Shown here one piece after another: positions 28,013-37,782 of a DNA stretch of 64,000 bases. Source of the DNA: Candidatus Altiarchaeota archaeon. Its GTDB lineage: Archaea; Altiarchaeota; Altiarchaeia; IMC4; SCGC-AAA252-I15. Both the position numbers and the translations under genes were made by a program. The notes under the pieces are model-generated. The model searched no databases. It was not told the DNA's origin and worked only from the letters and a program-made list of their open reading frames with translations. The stretch's first letter is position 1. Each line of letters begins with the position of its first letter. The stretch is from positions 1 to 64,000 of the forward strand of contig JAZDIN010000025.1 of assembly GCA_043804895.1 (NCBI GenBank). The letters are read 5' to 3'.

Positions 28013-29364
28013 AGTGCCACCTTCATGCACTCCCTTATAGCCTCCGGAACTGCCGCTACCACATCTGTGGCTTCTAATGACACTCCCATCTTCTTTGCTG
28101 CGATGTCCCCTGCCATCCCAGCCAGGAAGGTTCCAGCGCAAGCGGACTTCATCCTGTCACTGTTTTGGGCTAGGAGTCCCCCAAGTATGCCAGCTAGGAC
28201 GTCTCCGGTCCCGCCCACTGTCATGTATGGGTTACCTGTTCTGTTCAGCCGCAACTCACGCCCCTCTGAGATGACATCGACTTTGCCCTTCAACACAACA
28301 ACAGCACCAGTCTCTTTCGCAGCCTTCACCACGTCCTCCTCCCTCTCGTCCAACCTGCCGAAGAGCTTCCTGAACTCGCCCTCATGGGGGGTGAGGACCA
28401 TCCTCTCGTTCACCCAACTCCTATCAGCAACACTCAATGCATCAGCGTCAACAATAACCGGCCTGTTGATGTTCTCCATCAAATACTTCACTGCCTCAGG
28501 GTGTTCCCTCCCGAGGCCGTTGCCGAATACCATTGCATCAAACTTCATCTTAAGGACGTCCTTCACGTCGTCGACTGTGACATAATCCTTCCCCCCAAGG
28601 GGGTGGACTATAAGGTTCGGGTCGAATGGCATCTTGTCAGCCACATACTGTGGAACGCATACGGTGACCAAATCTACGCCTGCTCTCAACGCTGCCTGTG
28701 CGACAAGCGTCGGGGTGCCGATGTACTCTCTGCAGCCTCCAAGCACCAGGAGCCTTCCGAAGTCGCCCTTATGTGACTCAGGTTTCCTCTCAGGTATCGC
28801 GCATACAACATCCCCTGGGCCGCAGTACAGTTCAGCCTCCATTGGAATCCCTATATCCTCGACTACTGCGCCGATGACCTTACCCTTATGCAAAGACACT
28901 ACCGCATCGGCCTCCACTATCCCAGCTGATGGCACGTCCACGCTCAGCTTATGCGCATCAGAATCGTTAATCCTATCCATAACTCCCTTCAGCGGCTCCT
29001 TCAGTTCCCCTTTGAATCCCACCCCAAGGAGTGCGTCAACTATCAAGTCAAAACCATCTAGGTCGAATTCCCCAGAACCCTTAACGAATCTCACAACCTT
29101 CTTCGGCAGCCTCTCCAGGTTCTTCCCATTCAATGGGCTCCTCTTCCCATCCAACACGAAGACAGTCACCTCCACTCCGGACTCGATGAGATACCTGGCA
29201 GCGACGAGGCCGTCTCCGCCGTTGTTCCCAAGGCCAGAGAATACGGCGACGTTCCTGAAACCCCCGCAGTGTCTTGCTACGGCCTTCCCAGCGTTCTCCA
29301 TCAACGTCTCGGTTGGGACTCCAAGCCAGGCAGCGTTCAAATCCAGGGCGCGGGAATCCATCAA
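28009..29364 (-). CDS. nnr: Bifunctional NAD(P)H-hydrate epimerase/dehydratase
   Basis: LMENAG, GNNGGDG, VDALLG, HKGDFG, VDADAL, LTPHEGEF, GGTGDVLAG. Confidence 0.95.
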   Translation of the reverse strand: MMDSRALDLNAAWLGVPTETLMENAGKAVARHCGGFRNVAVFSGLGNNGGDGLVAARYLIESGVEVTVFVLDGKRSPLNGKNLERLPKKVVRFVKGSGEFDLDGFDLIVDALLGVGFKGELKEPLKGVMDRINDSDAHKLSVDVPSAGIVEADAVVSLHKGKVIGAVVEDIGIPMEAELYCGPGDVVCAIPERKPESHKGDFGRLLVLGGCREYIGTPTLVAQAALRAGVDLVTVCVPQYVADKMPFDPNLIVHPLGGKDYVTVDDVKDVLKMKFDAMVFGNGLGREHPEAVKYLMENINRPVIVDADALSVADRSWVNERMVLTPHEGEFRKLFGRLDEREEDVVKAAKETGAVVVLKGKVDVISEGRELRLNRTGNPYMTVGGTGDVLAGILGGLLAQNSDRMKSACAGTFLAGMAGDIAAKKMGVSLEATDVVAAVPEAIRECMKVAL

Positions 29365-29414
29365 AGAAATAATGAGACTCTACAATATTAACCCCAAGAC
29401 CCCTAATAGTTACA

Positions 29415-29864
29415 ATGGTCGGAGGGAAAATCGTAGACGATCCGGGAGAACAAGTTAACATACCAGAACCCCTGCCTGCTGACAAGGGTGCTGAGAAGTT
29501 CATACCCTCGACGAAAATCCTCATCGGCGCCGAGTATATACGGTATGATGGGATACAGAGGTCACTGCATTCTGACGGAAGGTTTATAATGAAAGCCAAG
29601 GACCCGGACCACTTCGTCATAGAGTCAGGCAAATACGACATACTCATCATAGACAAAATCAGCGGCGGCTACGGGGGTAAAGCGGCGGACAATATCCTAA
29701 GTCAGCTCAATCCACATTCGAAAGTAATCCTGTTATCCGTATCTCCTGAAAAAGAGTCCGGAATGCCGGAAAACGTGACAGTCCTCAACCTCCGTGACTG
29801 GGATGGGCTGAAGAACACGGTCGCTGAGATGGAAAAAAGCATACGCGCCAACCGGAATAAGTGA
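29415..29864 (+). CDS. Degenerate response-regulator receiver-like protein
   Basis: KILIG...YDILIIDKISGG..G....L....P.SKVILLS REC-like pattern. Confidence 0.55.
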   Translation: MVGGKIVDDPGEQVNIPEPLPADKGAEKFIPSTKILIGAEYIRYDGIQRSLHSDGRFIMKAKDPDHFVIESGKYDILIIDKISGGYGGKAADNILSQLNPHSKVILLSVSPEKESGMPENVTVLNLRDWDGLKNTVAEMEKSIRANRNK

Positions 29865-29934
29865 ATCCACACAGAATTCTTTCGAATGCATTTAAGCTCA
29901 TCCCTCCTACTTGTTACTGGACAGGGGAAGGACA

Positions 29935-30435
29935 ATGAAAAGGTTATTAAGTAATTTGTTTCGCAAAGGCTCACAGGAGACGACAGTAAACCCGCCTGAC
30001 CAATCGACAATAGAACCCCCAATGGAACTCCCTACAAAGACAGCTGATGTCCGTATGAAGTCCAACGACGGGCCTGGGGTGGACCAGAGCGCTGGTGTGA
30101 GGATACTCATAGTCGCTAATAACGACCGGTTCGATGAACTTTCCGAGGTATTGCGTTCAGGAAATCGCACGATAAAAAAGGCGAGGGATATCGGTGAACT
30201 CCCTTATGACTTAGACAGTAACACTATAATCATATTAGACAAATTTAGCATCGGCGAAGAAGGGGTTAGAAGATATTCCAATAAGTTTGAGTCTAGGCAG
30301 AACTCTATCCTATACACATTATCCACAACAACTGACAAAGAAAACTTCGGGGAGGCATTTAGTTTTTACATAGGCACCCACGATGGCCTTAGAAAAACTG
30401 TTGAGGACATGGAGAAGGGCATGCTCCATTACTGA
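29935..30435 (+). CDS. Degenerate response-regulator receiver-like protein (paralog of upstream gene)
   Basis: RILIVAN...IIILDKFS...LYTLST; shares C-terminal DGL..TV..MEK with the 29415 ORF. Confidence 0.5.
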   Translation: MKRLLSNLFRKGSQETTVNPPDQSTIEPPMELPTKTADVRMKSNDGPGVDQSAGVRILIVANNDRFDELSEVLRSGNRTIKKARDIGELPYDLDSNTIIILDKFSIGEEGVRRYSNKFESRQNSILYTLSTTTDKENFGEAFSFYIGTHDGLRKTVEDMEKGMLHY

Positions 30436-30444
30436 AACTTCTAA

Positions 30445-32619
30445 TCACATGTACGCTGGTATCTTCTCGTCTTTTTTGCCGTGTTTTAACCCTTTCTCGT
30501 AGCTTTTCGCCTCATCCTCGGAGACGGACGGCTTCACGTCCTGGAGGGCCTTCTCGAAGTTGCGGTTGTCGACGTGGCCTGATTCCATGTCTTCTCTGAG
30601 GGCTGTCATGGCTGCCTCCCTGCATAATGACTCAAGGTCTGCTCCGCTGTATCCTTCAGTCCTCCTTGCCAGCTCCTCAACGCTCACGCCCCTCATGGGC
30701 ATGCTTTTGGTGTGGACTTTGAGTATCTCCTCCCTAGCCTCCTTGTCAGGCAGCGGAACAAGGACTAGCCTGTCGAATCTCCCAGGCCGAAGTAGGCTGG
30801 GGTCCAGTATGTCAGGGCGGTTTGTTGCGCCTATTATGATGACGTTCTCAAGTCGTTCTATGCCATCGATTTCTGTGAGTATCTGGTTGACTACTGTCTC
30901 AGTCACGTGGGAGCCGTAGTTGAGTCCGCGCCTTGGAGCCATCGCATCAATCTCGTCGAAGAATATTATCGTCGGCGCAGTCTGCCTCGCCTTCTTGAAA
31001 ATCTCCCTCACAGCCTTCTCAGATTCCCCGACCCATTTTGACAGGAGTTCCGGCCCTTTGACTGCTATGAAGTTTGCTTCGGATTCAGTTGCAACAGCCT
31101 TAGCGAGCATCGTCTTGCCGCAACCGGATGGGCCGTACAATAGCACCGCCGCTGGCGGCTTTATTCCAAGCCTCTTGAACGTCTCAGGCTTTTTGAGCGG
31201 CCATTCGACCGCTTCGATAAGTTCCTCCTTAACCTTCTTAAGCCCGCCTATGTCGGACCATCTGACGTTCGGAATCTCAACCATCACTTCGCGAAGCGCG
31301 GACGGTTCCACGTTCTTGAGGGCGTCGTCGAAGTCCTCCTTCGTCACCCTAAGCGATTCCAGGACTTCTGTTGGTATCACCTCATTGTCCAAGTCAATCT
31401 TCGGGAGTATCCTCTTCAAGGCGTGCATGGCGGCTTCCCTTCCGATGGCGGACAAGTCCGCTCCCACGAATCCGTGGGTGATGTTCGCTATCCTCTCCAA
31501 GTCGACATCATCCTCGATAGGCATCCCTCTCGTGTGAATCTGCAGGATCTCCCTCCTCCCCTTCCTGTCTGGGACGCCGATTTCTATCTCCCTGTCGAAT
31601 CGCCCAGGCCTCCTGAGCGCGGGGTCGAGGGAGTCAGGTCTGTTCGTGGCTGCGACGACTATGACGTTGCCTCTTGTCACGAGTCCGTCCATGAGCGCGA
31701 GAAGCTGTGCCACTACTCTGCGCTCCACCTCCCCTCTGGTCTCATCCCTCTTCGGTGCAATGGAATCAATCTCGTCTATGAATATTATCGACGGCGCATT
31801 CTGCTGGGCTTCCTCGAATATCTCCCTCAGCTTCCGCTCCGACTCGCCATAGTATTTGTCCATAATCTCCGGGCCGTTCAGGTGTATGAAGTGCGCGTTC
31901 GACTCTGACGCGACCGCCTTAGCAAGTAATGTCTTCCCGGTTCCTGGTGGGCCGTAAAGGAGGACTCCCTTCGGAGGTTTGATTCCAATCTTCTCGAACA
32001 GCTCCGGGTGCTTCATCGGGAGTTCTATCATCTCCCTCACCTTGCTGACCTCATCCTTCAGCCCGCCCACATCCTCATACCTTACGGTCGAGCCTGCAAG
32101 CGTAGTCTGTGTGAGAGGTTTCGCCTTGACTTCAACCTCAGTCTGCTCTGTTACAATGACTGAGTCGCCAGGTTTCGTCGACCCGATTGTGAACGAGATA
32201 GGCTGGTTCAAGACGGTAATGTAGAATATGTCCCCGCTCACGACAGGCCTTCCCATCAACACTCTCTGTTTGACGTAGATGGCGAAATCGTTCCCGAATT
32301 TAATCTGCTGCTCGGTCGGCGCGACCACTATCTTCTTCGCAGGTTTAACATCTGCCCTTTTGATCTTTACTTTATCGCCTAGAGATGAGCCGGAGTTCTG
32401 CCTTATGAGGCCGTCCATCTGTATTATTCCTCGGCCGTCGTGTTCCTGGTGGCTTTGCCATACTTTAGCGGTTGTCGTCCTCTTGCCTGTTATCTCTATG
32501 ATATCTCCTGTTGTGACGTCTATTTTCCTGGCTGATTCCGAGTCTATTCTCACTATGCCGCGGTTGACGTCGTTTTGCATCGCCTCCGCGACCTTCAATT
32601 CTATGTCTCGTTCAGCCAT
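30445..32619 (-). CDS. cdc48: CDC48/VAT AAA+ ATPase
   Basis: N-domain plus two AAA modules ([35 protein letters not shown] twice). Confidence 0.97.
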   Translation of the reverse strand: MAERDIELKVAEAMQNDVNRGIVRIDSESARKIDVTTGDIIEITGKRTTTAKVWQSHQEHDGRGIIQMDGLIRQNSGSSLGDKVKIKRADVKPAKKIVVAPTEQQIKFGNDFAIYVKQRVLMGRPVVSGDIFYITVLNQPISFTIGSTKPGDSVIVTEQTEVEVKAKPLTQTTLAGSTVRYEDVGGLKDEVSKVREMIELPMKHPELFEKIGIKPPKGVLLYGPPGTGKTLLAKAVASESNAHFIHLNGPEIMDKYYGESERKLREIFEEAQQNAPSIIFIDEIDSIAPKRDETRGEVERRVVAQLLALMDGLVTRGNVIVVAATNRPDSLDPALRRPGRFDREIEIGVPDRKGRREILQIHTRGMPIEDDVDLERIANITHGFVGADLSAIGREAAMHALKRILPKIDLDNEVIPTEVLESLRVTKEDFDDALKNVEPSALREVMVEIPNVRWSDIGGLKKVKEELIEAVEWPLKKPETFKRLGIKPPAAVLLYGPSGCGKTMLAKAVATESEANFIAVKGPELLSKWVGESEKAVREIFKKARQTAPTIIFFDEIDAMAPRRGLNYGSHVTETVVNQILTEIDGIERLENVIIIGATNRPDILDPSLLRPGRFDRLVLVPLPDKEAREEILKVHTKSMPMRGVSVEELARRTEGYSGADLESLCREAAMTALREDMESGHVDNRNFEKALQDVKPSVSEDEAKSYEKGLKHGKKDEKIPAYM

Positions 32620-32729
32620 GGTACATATATTGCGCATGTAGCATTTAAATACTTTGTGATTACTGATTGGTTAGAACGTATATCAAGAATCTGTCAACAA
32701 AACCCAGTCAGTTAATATGACTTAAGATT

Positions 32730-32838
32730 AGAAGAAGGGGTTGGGGCAGGACTTTGGGGGTGTCCTTTTGAATTGGTGTTCTTCTCTACTAGGGGGGTGA
32801 GAAGGAAACGTCCATCACAATACCCCAACCTCAACCAT
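32730..32838 (-). ncRNA. Candidate structured small RNA
   Basis: Terminal stem GGTTGGGG/CCCCAACC enclosing two hairpins whose loops each hold a C5-C6 run (minus strand); TTAAATA box about 25 nt upstream on the minus strand. Confidence 0.35.
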
Positions 32839-33082
32839 AATTTAGCCTGTCGAGATATTTAATCTAAATAGATTTCAACGGTTCCTATGCCATAAAACCC
32901 GCGTGTTTCAGTCAAATAGCGTCGGAACTTACGACACTCACTAAAACTGTCCGCAAGTGCCATAATCTAAGGTATTTCATAGTCAACAGGTGGTTGTAAG
33001 ACCTGGAATAGAGGCAAAACAGATGCAAACCACTGGTTCCTACGTTTTTTCTTCATATAAACCACGGTTGCATACGCTATTT

Positions 33083-34246
33083 TCAGTTTTTCATGAACTC
33101 CCTAATGTAGACTGTGGCGTAGCTTCCCTTACCTAATCCAAAGTCGAAAACGACGTCACTACCTCCCACCTCAAACTTGAAGTCAGAGGCAACAGCGTGG
33201 CACTCCCTGTACTCCCCCCTGCTTGTAAGCTCACTCACCCCCCGCACCTTAAAGTCGCCAGAAACTATGCCATCAGACTCCAACACCCTGGCTGATATGT
33301 CATCAGCTTCGATGTTCAGCCCCACAAGCGGAAGAGTCTCAACAATCAAACCCCTCCTAATGCACTCGCTGAGCGCCCGGTTGAACACATACCCCTGGTA
33401 GGCGTGGACGAACATCTTCTGCAGAGTCCTGGGCATGGTCAAGATTGCTCCAATCCAGTCGCCGCTATACTGGACAAGGTGGTTGAGCATCGCCTTCTCA
33501 TAGCCGAGGCTCGTTGGGAACTCCCTCAAGGCTGTATTGAAGTCACGAGTCCTGGCAAGATCATCCCTCAAATTCCGAATTCCCTCATCCTCAGCCGGGA
33601 AAGACTTGCTAAGATAGCACATCACAGCACCCTCAAAATTCCCCCTCAAAATGTGTAATCCAACCTCATGAGTCACAGGCCGAACCTCGCCGAATCTTTG
33701 CATGCCGTAGTAGTTCGGGAATCCACTTGTAAGCTCAGAGGCCACGGCATCGATGCCTTCCCCCGCACCCTCGCAAACGTCGCGGACCCTTACAGTAAAC
33801 ATGTTGCCTTGCAAGGAACCCAACCCTATGTTCTCGTCGCTGTAGCAGAAATCCTTGAGCCTTATGTCCTTGATGTCAACTTCCTTCAGCCTCTCGACGG
33901 GCACCTTATACGCACTCACGCGCTGCGCAGTGATGGCCCTCCGATCCTTCGTCCCTGCGAACGCGAACCTGTTCCTGCTAACACCAACCCTCTTTGAAAT
34001 CTCCTTGACGGCTCTCATGGTGTCCCAATTCTCCTTCACGAGTGTGAAATGCGTGTAGTCTCCGGGAATCAAATCCCCGTCAACATCACCACCCAAATCA
34101 AGAACCAGACCCTCGGGTGTGACCTCTCTTACGACAAAATCTCCAACCTCTTCCTTAAGCGTCCCACCAATACCAGGGCTTCCGCTGCCATACTTCTCCA
34201 AGCCTACATACGCCTCATTGGCTGGCGGTTTTATTGGCGCCATCAC
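33083..34246 (-). CDS. truD: tRNA pseudouridine(13) synthase
   Basis: DFVVRE, FAGTKDRRAITAQ, GNMFTVRVR, PNYYGMQRFG, HAYQGYVFN, GSYAT. Confidence 0.96.
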   Translation of the reverse strand: MMAPIKPPANEAYVGLEKYGSGSPGIGGTLKEEVGDFVVREVTPEGLVLDLGGDVDGDLIPGDYTHFTLVKENWDTMRAVKEISKRVGVSRNRFAFAGTKDRRAITAQRVSAYKVPVERLKEVDIKDIRLKDFCYSDENIGLGSLQGNMFTVRVRDVCEGAGEGIDAVASELTSGFPNYYGMQRFGEVRPVTHEVGLHILRGNFEGAVMCYLSKSFPAEDEGIRNLRDDLARTRDFNTALREFPTSLGYEKAMLNHLVQYSGDWIGAILTMPRTLQKMFVHAYQGYVFNRALSECIRRGLIVETLPLVGLNIEADDISARVLESDGIVSGDFKVRGVSELTSRGEYRECHAVASDFKFEVGGSDVVFDFGLGKGSYATVYIREFMKN

Positions 34247-34258
34247 ATAATATTCTAC

Positions 34259-34543
34259 ATGGCATTAAATGAGCTTCAAAGAGAGGTCGCCTCCTATGAC
34301 GTCAGGTTCGGATGGACTCATGACAAGCCTGAAGAGACTGTCCTGCACATGCAGGAGGAAGTCGGTGAAATCTCGCGGAACATGCTCGCCATGCTGAAAT
34401 ACAAGAAGCAGAAATACGACAGAGAGGAGATGAACGACGAAATCTCAGACCTACTCTACCTCACCCTAAAATTAGGAAACTTACTCAAACTAAACCTTGA
34501 CGACGGCTGGGCGAGGATTGGAAGAAGATACAAGACAAAATGA
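34259..34543 (+). CDS. MazG-like nucleotide pyrophosphohydrolase
   Basis: HMQEEVGEI...DEISDLLY motif; start reset to ATG 34259. Confidence 0.85.
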   Translation: MALNELQREVASYDVRFGWTHDKPEETVLHMQEEVGEISRNMLAMLKYKKQKYDREEMNDEISDLLYLTLKLGNLLKLNLDDGWARIGRRYKTK

Positions 34544-35646
34544 ATGCGCTCGACCCATGGACTGTGCGGGAGGTAGGTGACTACGATAAGCTGATGAAGG
34601 ATTTCGGCATAGAGTCGTTCGAAAAATACGGGACAAAGTTTGACACATTCAGGTACGTCCGCCGTGGCATAATATTCGGACACCGCGACTTCCAGCGTAT
34701 TGTCAGCGCAATCGATGCGAAGAAACCATTCGCGATGATGACCGGACTCATGCCCTCAGGTCCACTTCACTTCGGCCATAAGATGGTGGCTGACGAGATG
34801 ATATGGTTCCAGAAGCAGGGGGCAGATACTTTCATCTGCGCTGCAGACACTGAAAGCTACCTGATGAGGGACATAGGATTCAACGAGGCAAGGCGCATAG
34901 CAACCGAGGAATACCTGACCAACTACCTGGCACTCGGCCTGAAGGTGCGGAAGCTGCACTTCTGGTTCCAGAGCGACTACATCAGCGAATACTACCGTCT
35001 CAGGGACATGGCATCCAAGAGGGTCACTTTCAACGAACTACAGGCCATATACGGGGAGCTATCCCCTGGGAAGATAATATCGGTTCTCACCCAGGTTGCT
35101 GACATACTCCACCCGCAGCTTGAACAATTCGGAGGCCCGAAGCCAGTAGTGGTGCCCGTTGGCATTGACCAGGACCCTCACATACGGCTGACACGGGATA
35201 TAGCCTCAAGGCTTAACGCAACAAGAGAAGACGGCAAAGCCGACCTCACATGCATCCCCCCCTCATCCACATACCACAAGTTCATGGCGGGACTTCAGGG
35301 CGGCAAGATGAGCTCATCGGATCCGAAGAGCCACATAGCGTTGAACGAGAGCCCGGAGTCAGCGAAGAAGAAGATAATGTCAGCCAAGACTGGGGGGAGA
35401 GCAACAGTAGATGAGCAGAAGAGGCTCGGAGGCGAACCAGGAAACTGCATGATTTACGAGCTATACCTCTACCACCTAATAGAAGACGACCTAGAGCTCA
35501 GCAGGGTATACCACGAGTGCAAGGAGGGGAAACTCCTATGCGGCGAAGATAAAAGACGATGCGCTGAGCTCATGGAAAAATTCCTCACAAAACACCAGAA
35601 GAAGATTGCCTCAGCACGGAAAAAGGCAGAGAAGCTGATAAGATGA
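34540..35646 (+). CDS. trpS: Tryptophan--tRNA ligase
   Basis: TGLMPSGPLHFGH, VPVGIDQDPHIRLTRD, KMSSS. Confidence 0.96.
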   Translation: MNALDPWTVREVGDYDKLMKDFGIESFEKYGTKFDTFRYVRRGIIFGHRDFQRIVSAIDAKKPFAMMTGLMPSGPLHFGHKMVADEMIWFQKQGADTFICAADTESYLMRDIGFNEARRIATEEYLTNYLALGLKVRKLHFWFQSDYISEYYRLRDMASKRVTFNELQAIYGELSPGKIISVLTQVADILHPQLEQFGGPKPVVVPVGIDQDPHIRLTRDIASRLNATREDGKADLTCIPPSSTYHKFMAGLQGGKMSSSDPKSHIALNESPESAKKKIMSAKTGGRATVDEQKRLGGEPGNCMIYELYLYHLIEDDLELSRVYHECKEGKLLCGEDKRRCAELMEKFLTKHQKKIASARKKAEKLIR

Positions 35647-36452
35647 AGTATTTCATAAGCCTGACCTTCCTGTCATCAACCTACCTCCTAACCCTAATAT
35701 TGGGACTCAACACCGCAGCATTCATACTACCCTTAATGTATCCGCCGGAGGGGCAGGAGCAGGTGATAGCGCCGGTAGTCTCAAACCCAGAGAGCATGGG
35801 GTCGTCGCTGCAACTATTCCTCTACATAATAATCGGGACAGCCGTGATGCTCATCCTCATAAAGAAGAAACTCAACATAATCATACAGGCTGCAGTAGGC
35901 TTCTCCCTTCTGATCGGCACGCTCTTCACATACTCAGCAATCTTCGGCGACCTAGCGCTGCTGCTCACACCCCTAAGCCTGATACTCGCCTACCTGAAAC
36001 GCGACACAATAGTGGCCAACAACATGCTCCTCACATTCGGAATAGCGGGCATAGGCTCGCTCCTTGGCGCATCCCTCGGGATACTCCCAGCCCTCGCGCT
36101 CATACTGATAATGTCAGCATACGACCTAATCGCAGTATTCGTCACAAAACACATGGTAACCCTCGCAAAGGAAAGCCAAGGGAAATTCACCCTCATGTTC
36201 ACCATACCCGTCGGAGACAGGGCCATACACCTCGGCGCAGGCGACATAGCAATACCCCTCACATTCTCAGCCTCAGTACTGGCCGCCAAAGGCGCAGGCT
36301 ACGCAATACCAACCGCACTCGGCGGCCTACTCGGCCTCATAGCCCTCTTCTACTACATACTCGGAAGAGAGAAGGTAACACTCCCAGCACTACCACCGAT
36401 AACGGCAGGACTAATATTCGGCTACGCATTATGCCTCCTGACACTCGGATGA
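35643..36452 (+). CDS. Presenilin/SPP-family intramembrane aspartyl protease
   Basis: AYD, LGAGD and LPALP motifs in a polytopic membrane protein. Confidence 0.9.
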   Translation: MKYFISLTFLSSTYLLTLILGLNTAAFILPLMYPPEGQEQVIAPVVSNPESMGSSLQLFLYIIIGTAVMLILIKKKLNIIIQAAVGFSLLIGTLFTYSAIFGDLALLLTPLSLILAYLKRDTIVANNMLLTFGIAGIGSLLGASLGILPALALILIMSAYDLIAVFVTKHMVTLAKESQGKFTLMFTIPVGDRAIHLGAGDIAIPLTFSASVLAAKGAGYAIPTALGGLLGLIALFYYILGREKVTLPALPPITAGLIFGYALCLLTLG

Positions 36453-36559
36453 ACTGAAATGTTGCCTTAAAATGCCCGTCTATCACACTCATATCAAATC
36501 TACACTAAAAAAAATTAGCCTCTTTTATACAAAGACAACGTATAAACTACCCGTTATAA

Positions 36560-36704
36560 AGCGGGGTTGAGCAGTCAGGAGTGCTCGTCGGACGCGCAAG
36601 AGGAACATTTGCTCGGTGCGGGCGAAGCTCATAAGAGGTACGTCCTCATGAGGAACGCACTCTAAGACACCCGAAGGTCGGTAGTTCAAATCTACCCCCC
36701 GCTA
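36560..36704 (+). tRNA. Initiator tRNA-Met(CAT) with two introns (36592-36626 at 30/31; 36634-36668 at 37/38)
   Basis: Spliced: AGCGGGG-TT-GAGC-AGTCAGGAGT-GCTC-G-TCGGG-CTCATAA-CCCGA-AGGTC-GGTAG-TTCAAAT-CTACC-CCCCGCT-A. A1:U72 and G29G30G31/C39C40C41 are initiator hallmarks; relaxed BHB motifs at both intron junctions. Confidence 0.9.
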
Positions 36705-37423
36705 TTTCTTATCTCTAGTTTGGACAGCATATCTACCCTCTCTCTAAGTGACATACGTTTCGGACAGTAACCGAGTCTTTTCCATAATAAATATTTTGTT
36801 TTGTGTTTCGGATTATTAAAGCCAATCATACTGGCCCACTCTTCTAGTTGCTCTTTACCATTAATCTGAATTCTAACAACTTTATCTGAATAAATTCGTG
36901 GGGCTAACATGATATCAAACCCAGATTGTACTAGCATATTGATAAATTGATTACGCATAGGAGACGGTAGCATCTTGATTTCAAGCCTTGGGTAATAATG
37001 TCTATCCGTATGTTGCTTATCAAACACTAAACAGCCATCAGTGTCAAAAAGACCACGCATAAAATCTCGTTCAAGATTTTCAGTCGTTATAAACTCAGGA
37101 ATACTTGCATTATCCCTTTTTGGGGCAGGTTTTAACCCTAAACTAATCAGCGAATAGTAATATTCTCTACCAAATAGTAGCAACTCCACTACTCTCTCGG
37201 TGGTTTTAAACCTAAGTAGTGGCTCTTTTTTGAATACTCGCTCCATCAAAGGAGAAACAAAGTTCATAATATACGGTAAATCTTCATCCGAGTCACATGT
37301 TATCTTAACTCTATACTGGGTTTTTATCCCCTTTTCAGAATGACATTTGTACTTACCAAGTGATCCATCCCCCAACAGTATCCCAATAAACTCTGCTATT
37401 TCCTCAGTCCACTCAAAGATCAT
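36692..37423 (-). CDS. Free-standing double-motif LAGLIDADG homing endonuclease
   Basis: IAEFIGILLGDGS and FMRGLFDTDGC motifs with catalytic Asp retained; no intein splicing blocks; visibly AT-richer than flanks. Confidence 0.9.
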   Translation of the reverse strand: MIFEWTEEIAEFIGILLGDGSLGKYKCHSEKGIKTQYRVKITCDSDEDLPYIMNFVSPLMERVFKKEPLLRFKTTERVVELLLFGREYYYSLISLGLKPAPKRDNASIPEFITTENLERDFMRGLFDTDGCLVFDKQHTDRHYYPRLEIKMLPSPMRNQFINMLVQSGFDIMLAPRIYSDKVVRIQINGKEQLEEWASMIGFNNPKHKTKYLLWKRLGYCPKRMSLRERVDMLSKLEIRNSGG

Positions 37424-37550
37424 ATAACCTAACCTTGGTGGCTGGTCTAAAACAATTCACCCCTGAGTAAAGGAAAAGTAATCCCTCATCCTGCTGTAGT
37501 TAAAACTCTTCTGATTTTTATATCTCACTACCCTATATATTGGCTGCATT

Positions 37551-37706
37551 ATGGCTAAGTTTAAGGAGGCTGAGGTCAGGTTTTTTAAGGGCGTTTGCAT
37601 GAGTTGCAACGCTAAGAATCCTGTTGATGCCACCAAGTGCCGCAAGTGCGGGAAGGTTAACAGGATTAGGCGCAAGCGTAGGAAGAAGGCTGTCAGCGCA
37701 GCTTAA
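37551..37706 (+). CDS. rpl40e: 50S ribosomal protein L40e
   Basis: Below ORF-track cutoff. [51 protein letters not shown]. Confidence 0.93.
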   Translation: MAKFKEAEVRFFKGVCMSCNAKNPVDATKCRKCGKVNRIRRKRRKKAVSAA

Positions 37707-37782
37707 GGTATGTCCTGTACTACTCCTGTTTAATGTACTCTTTTTTAAGGCTCTACTGTCAGGTCAGATTAGGGTGGTCTAA

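Noticed and set aside
14737-32641. Many long opposite-strand ORFs (e.g. 14737-15519, 18924-19778, 23119-23781, 28634-29458, 30920-31537)
   Set aside because: They are Ser/Leu-rich antisense shadows of confidently identified genes and have no motifs of their own.
32640-33083. Replication origin (ORB elements)
   Set aside because: The repeats do not match the canonical ORB TCCA..GAAAC plus G-string layout and no cdc6/orc1 is adjacent. They are kept only as unexplained repeats.
36692-37423. LAGLIDADG ORF as part of an intein or of a tRNA/rRNA intron
   Set aside because: There are no N-terminal Cys/Ser or C-terminal His-Asn splicing blocks and no host extein. The ORF lies outside both tRNA introns and on the opposite strand.
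37457-37675. 72-aa minus-strand ORF
   Set aside because: It is the antisense of rpl40e, which is clearly the real gene.
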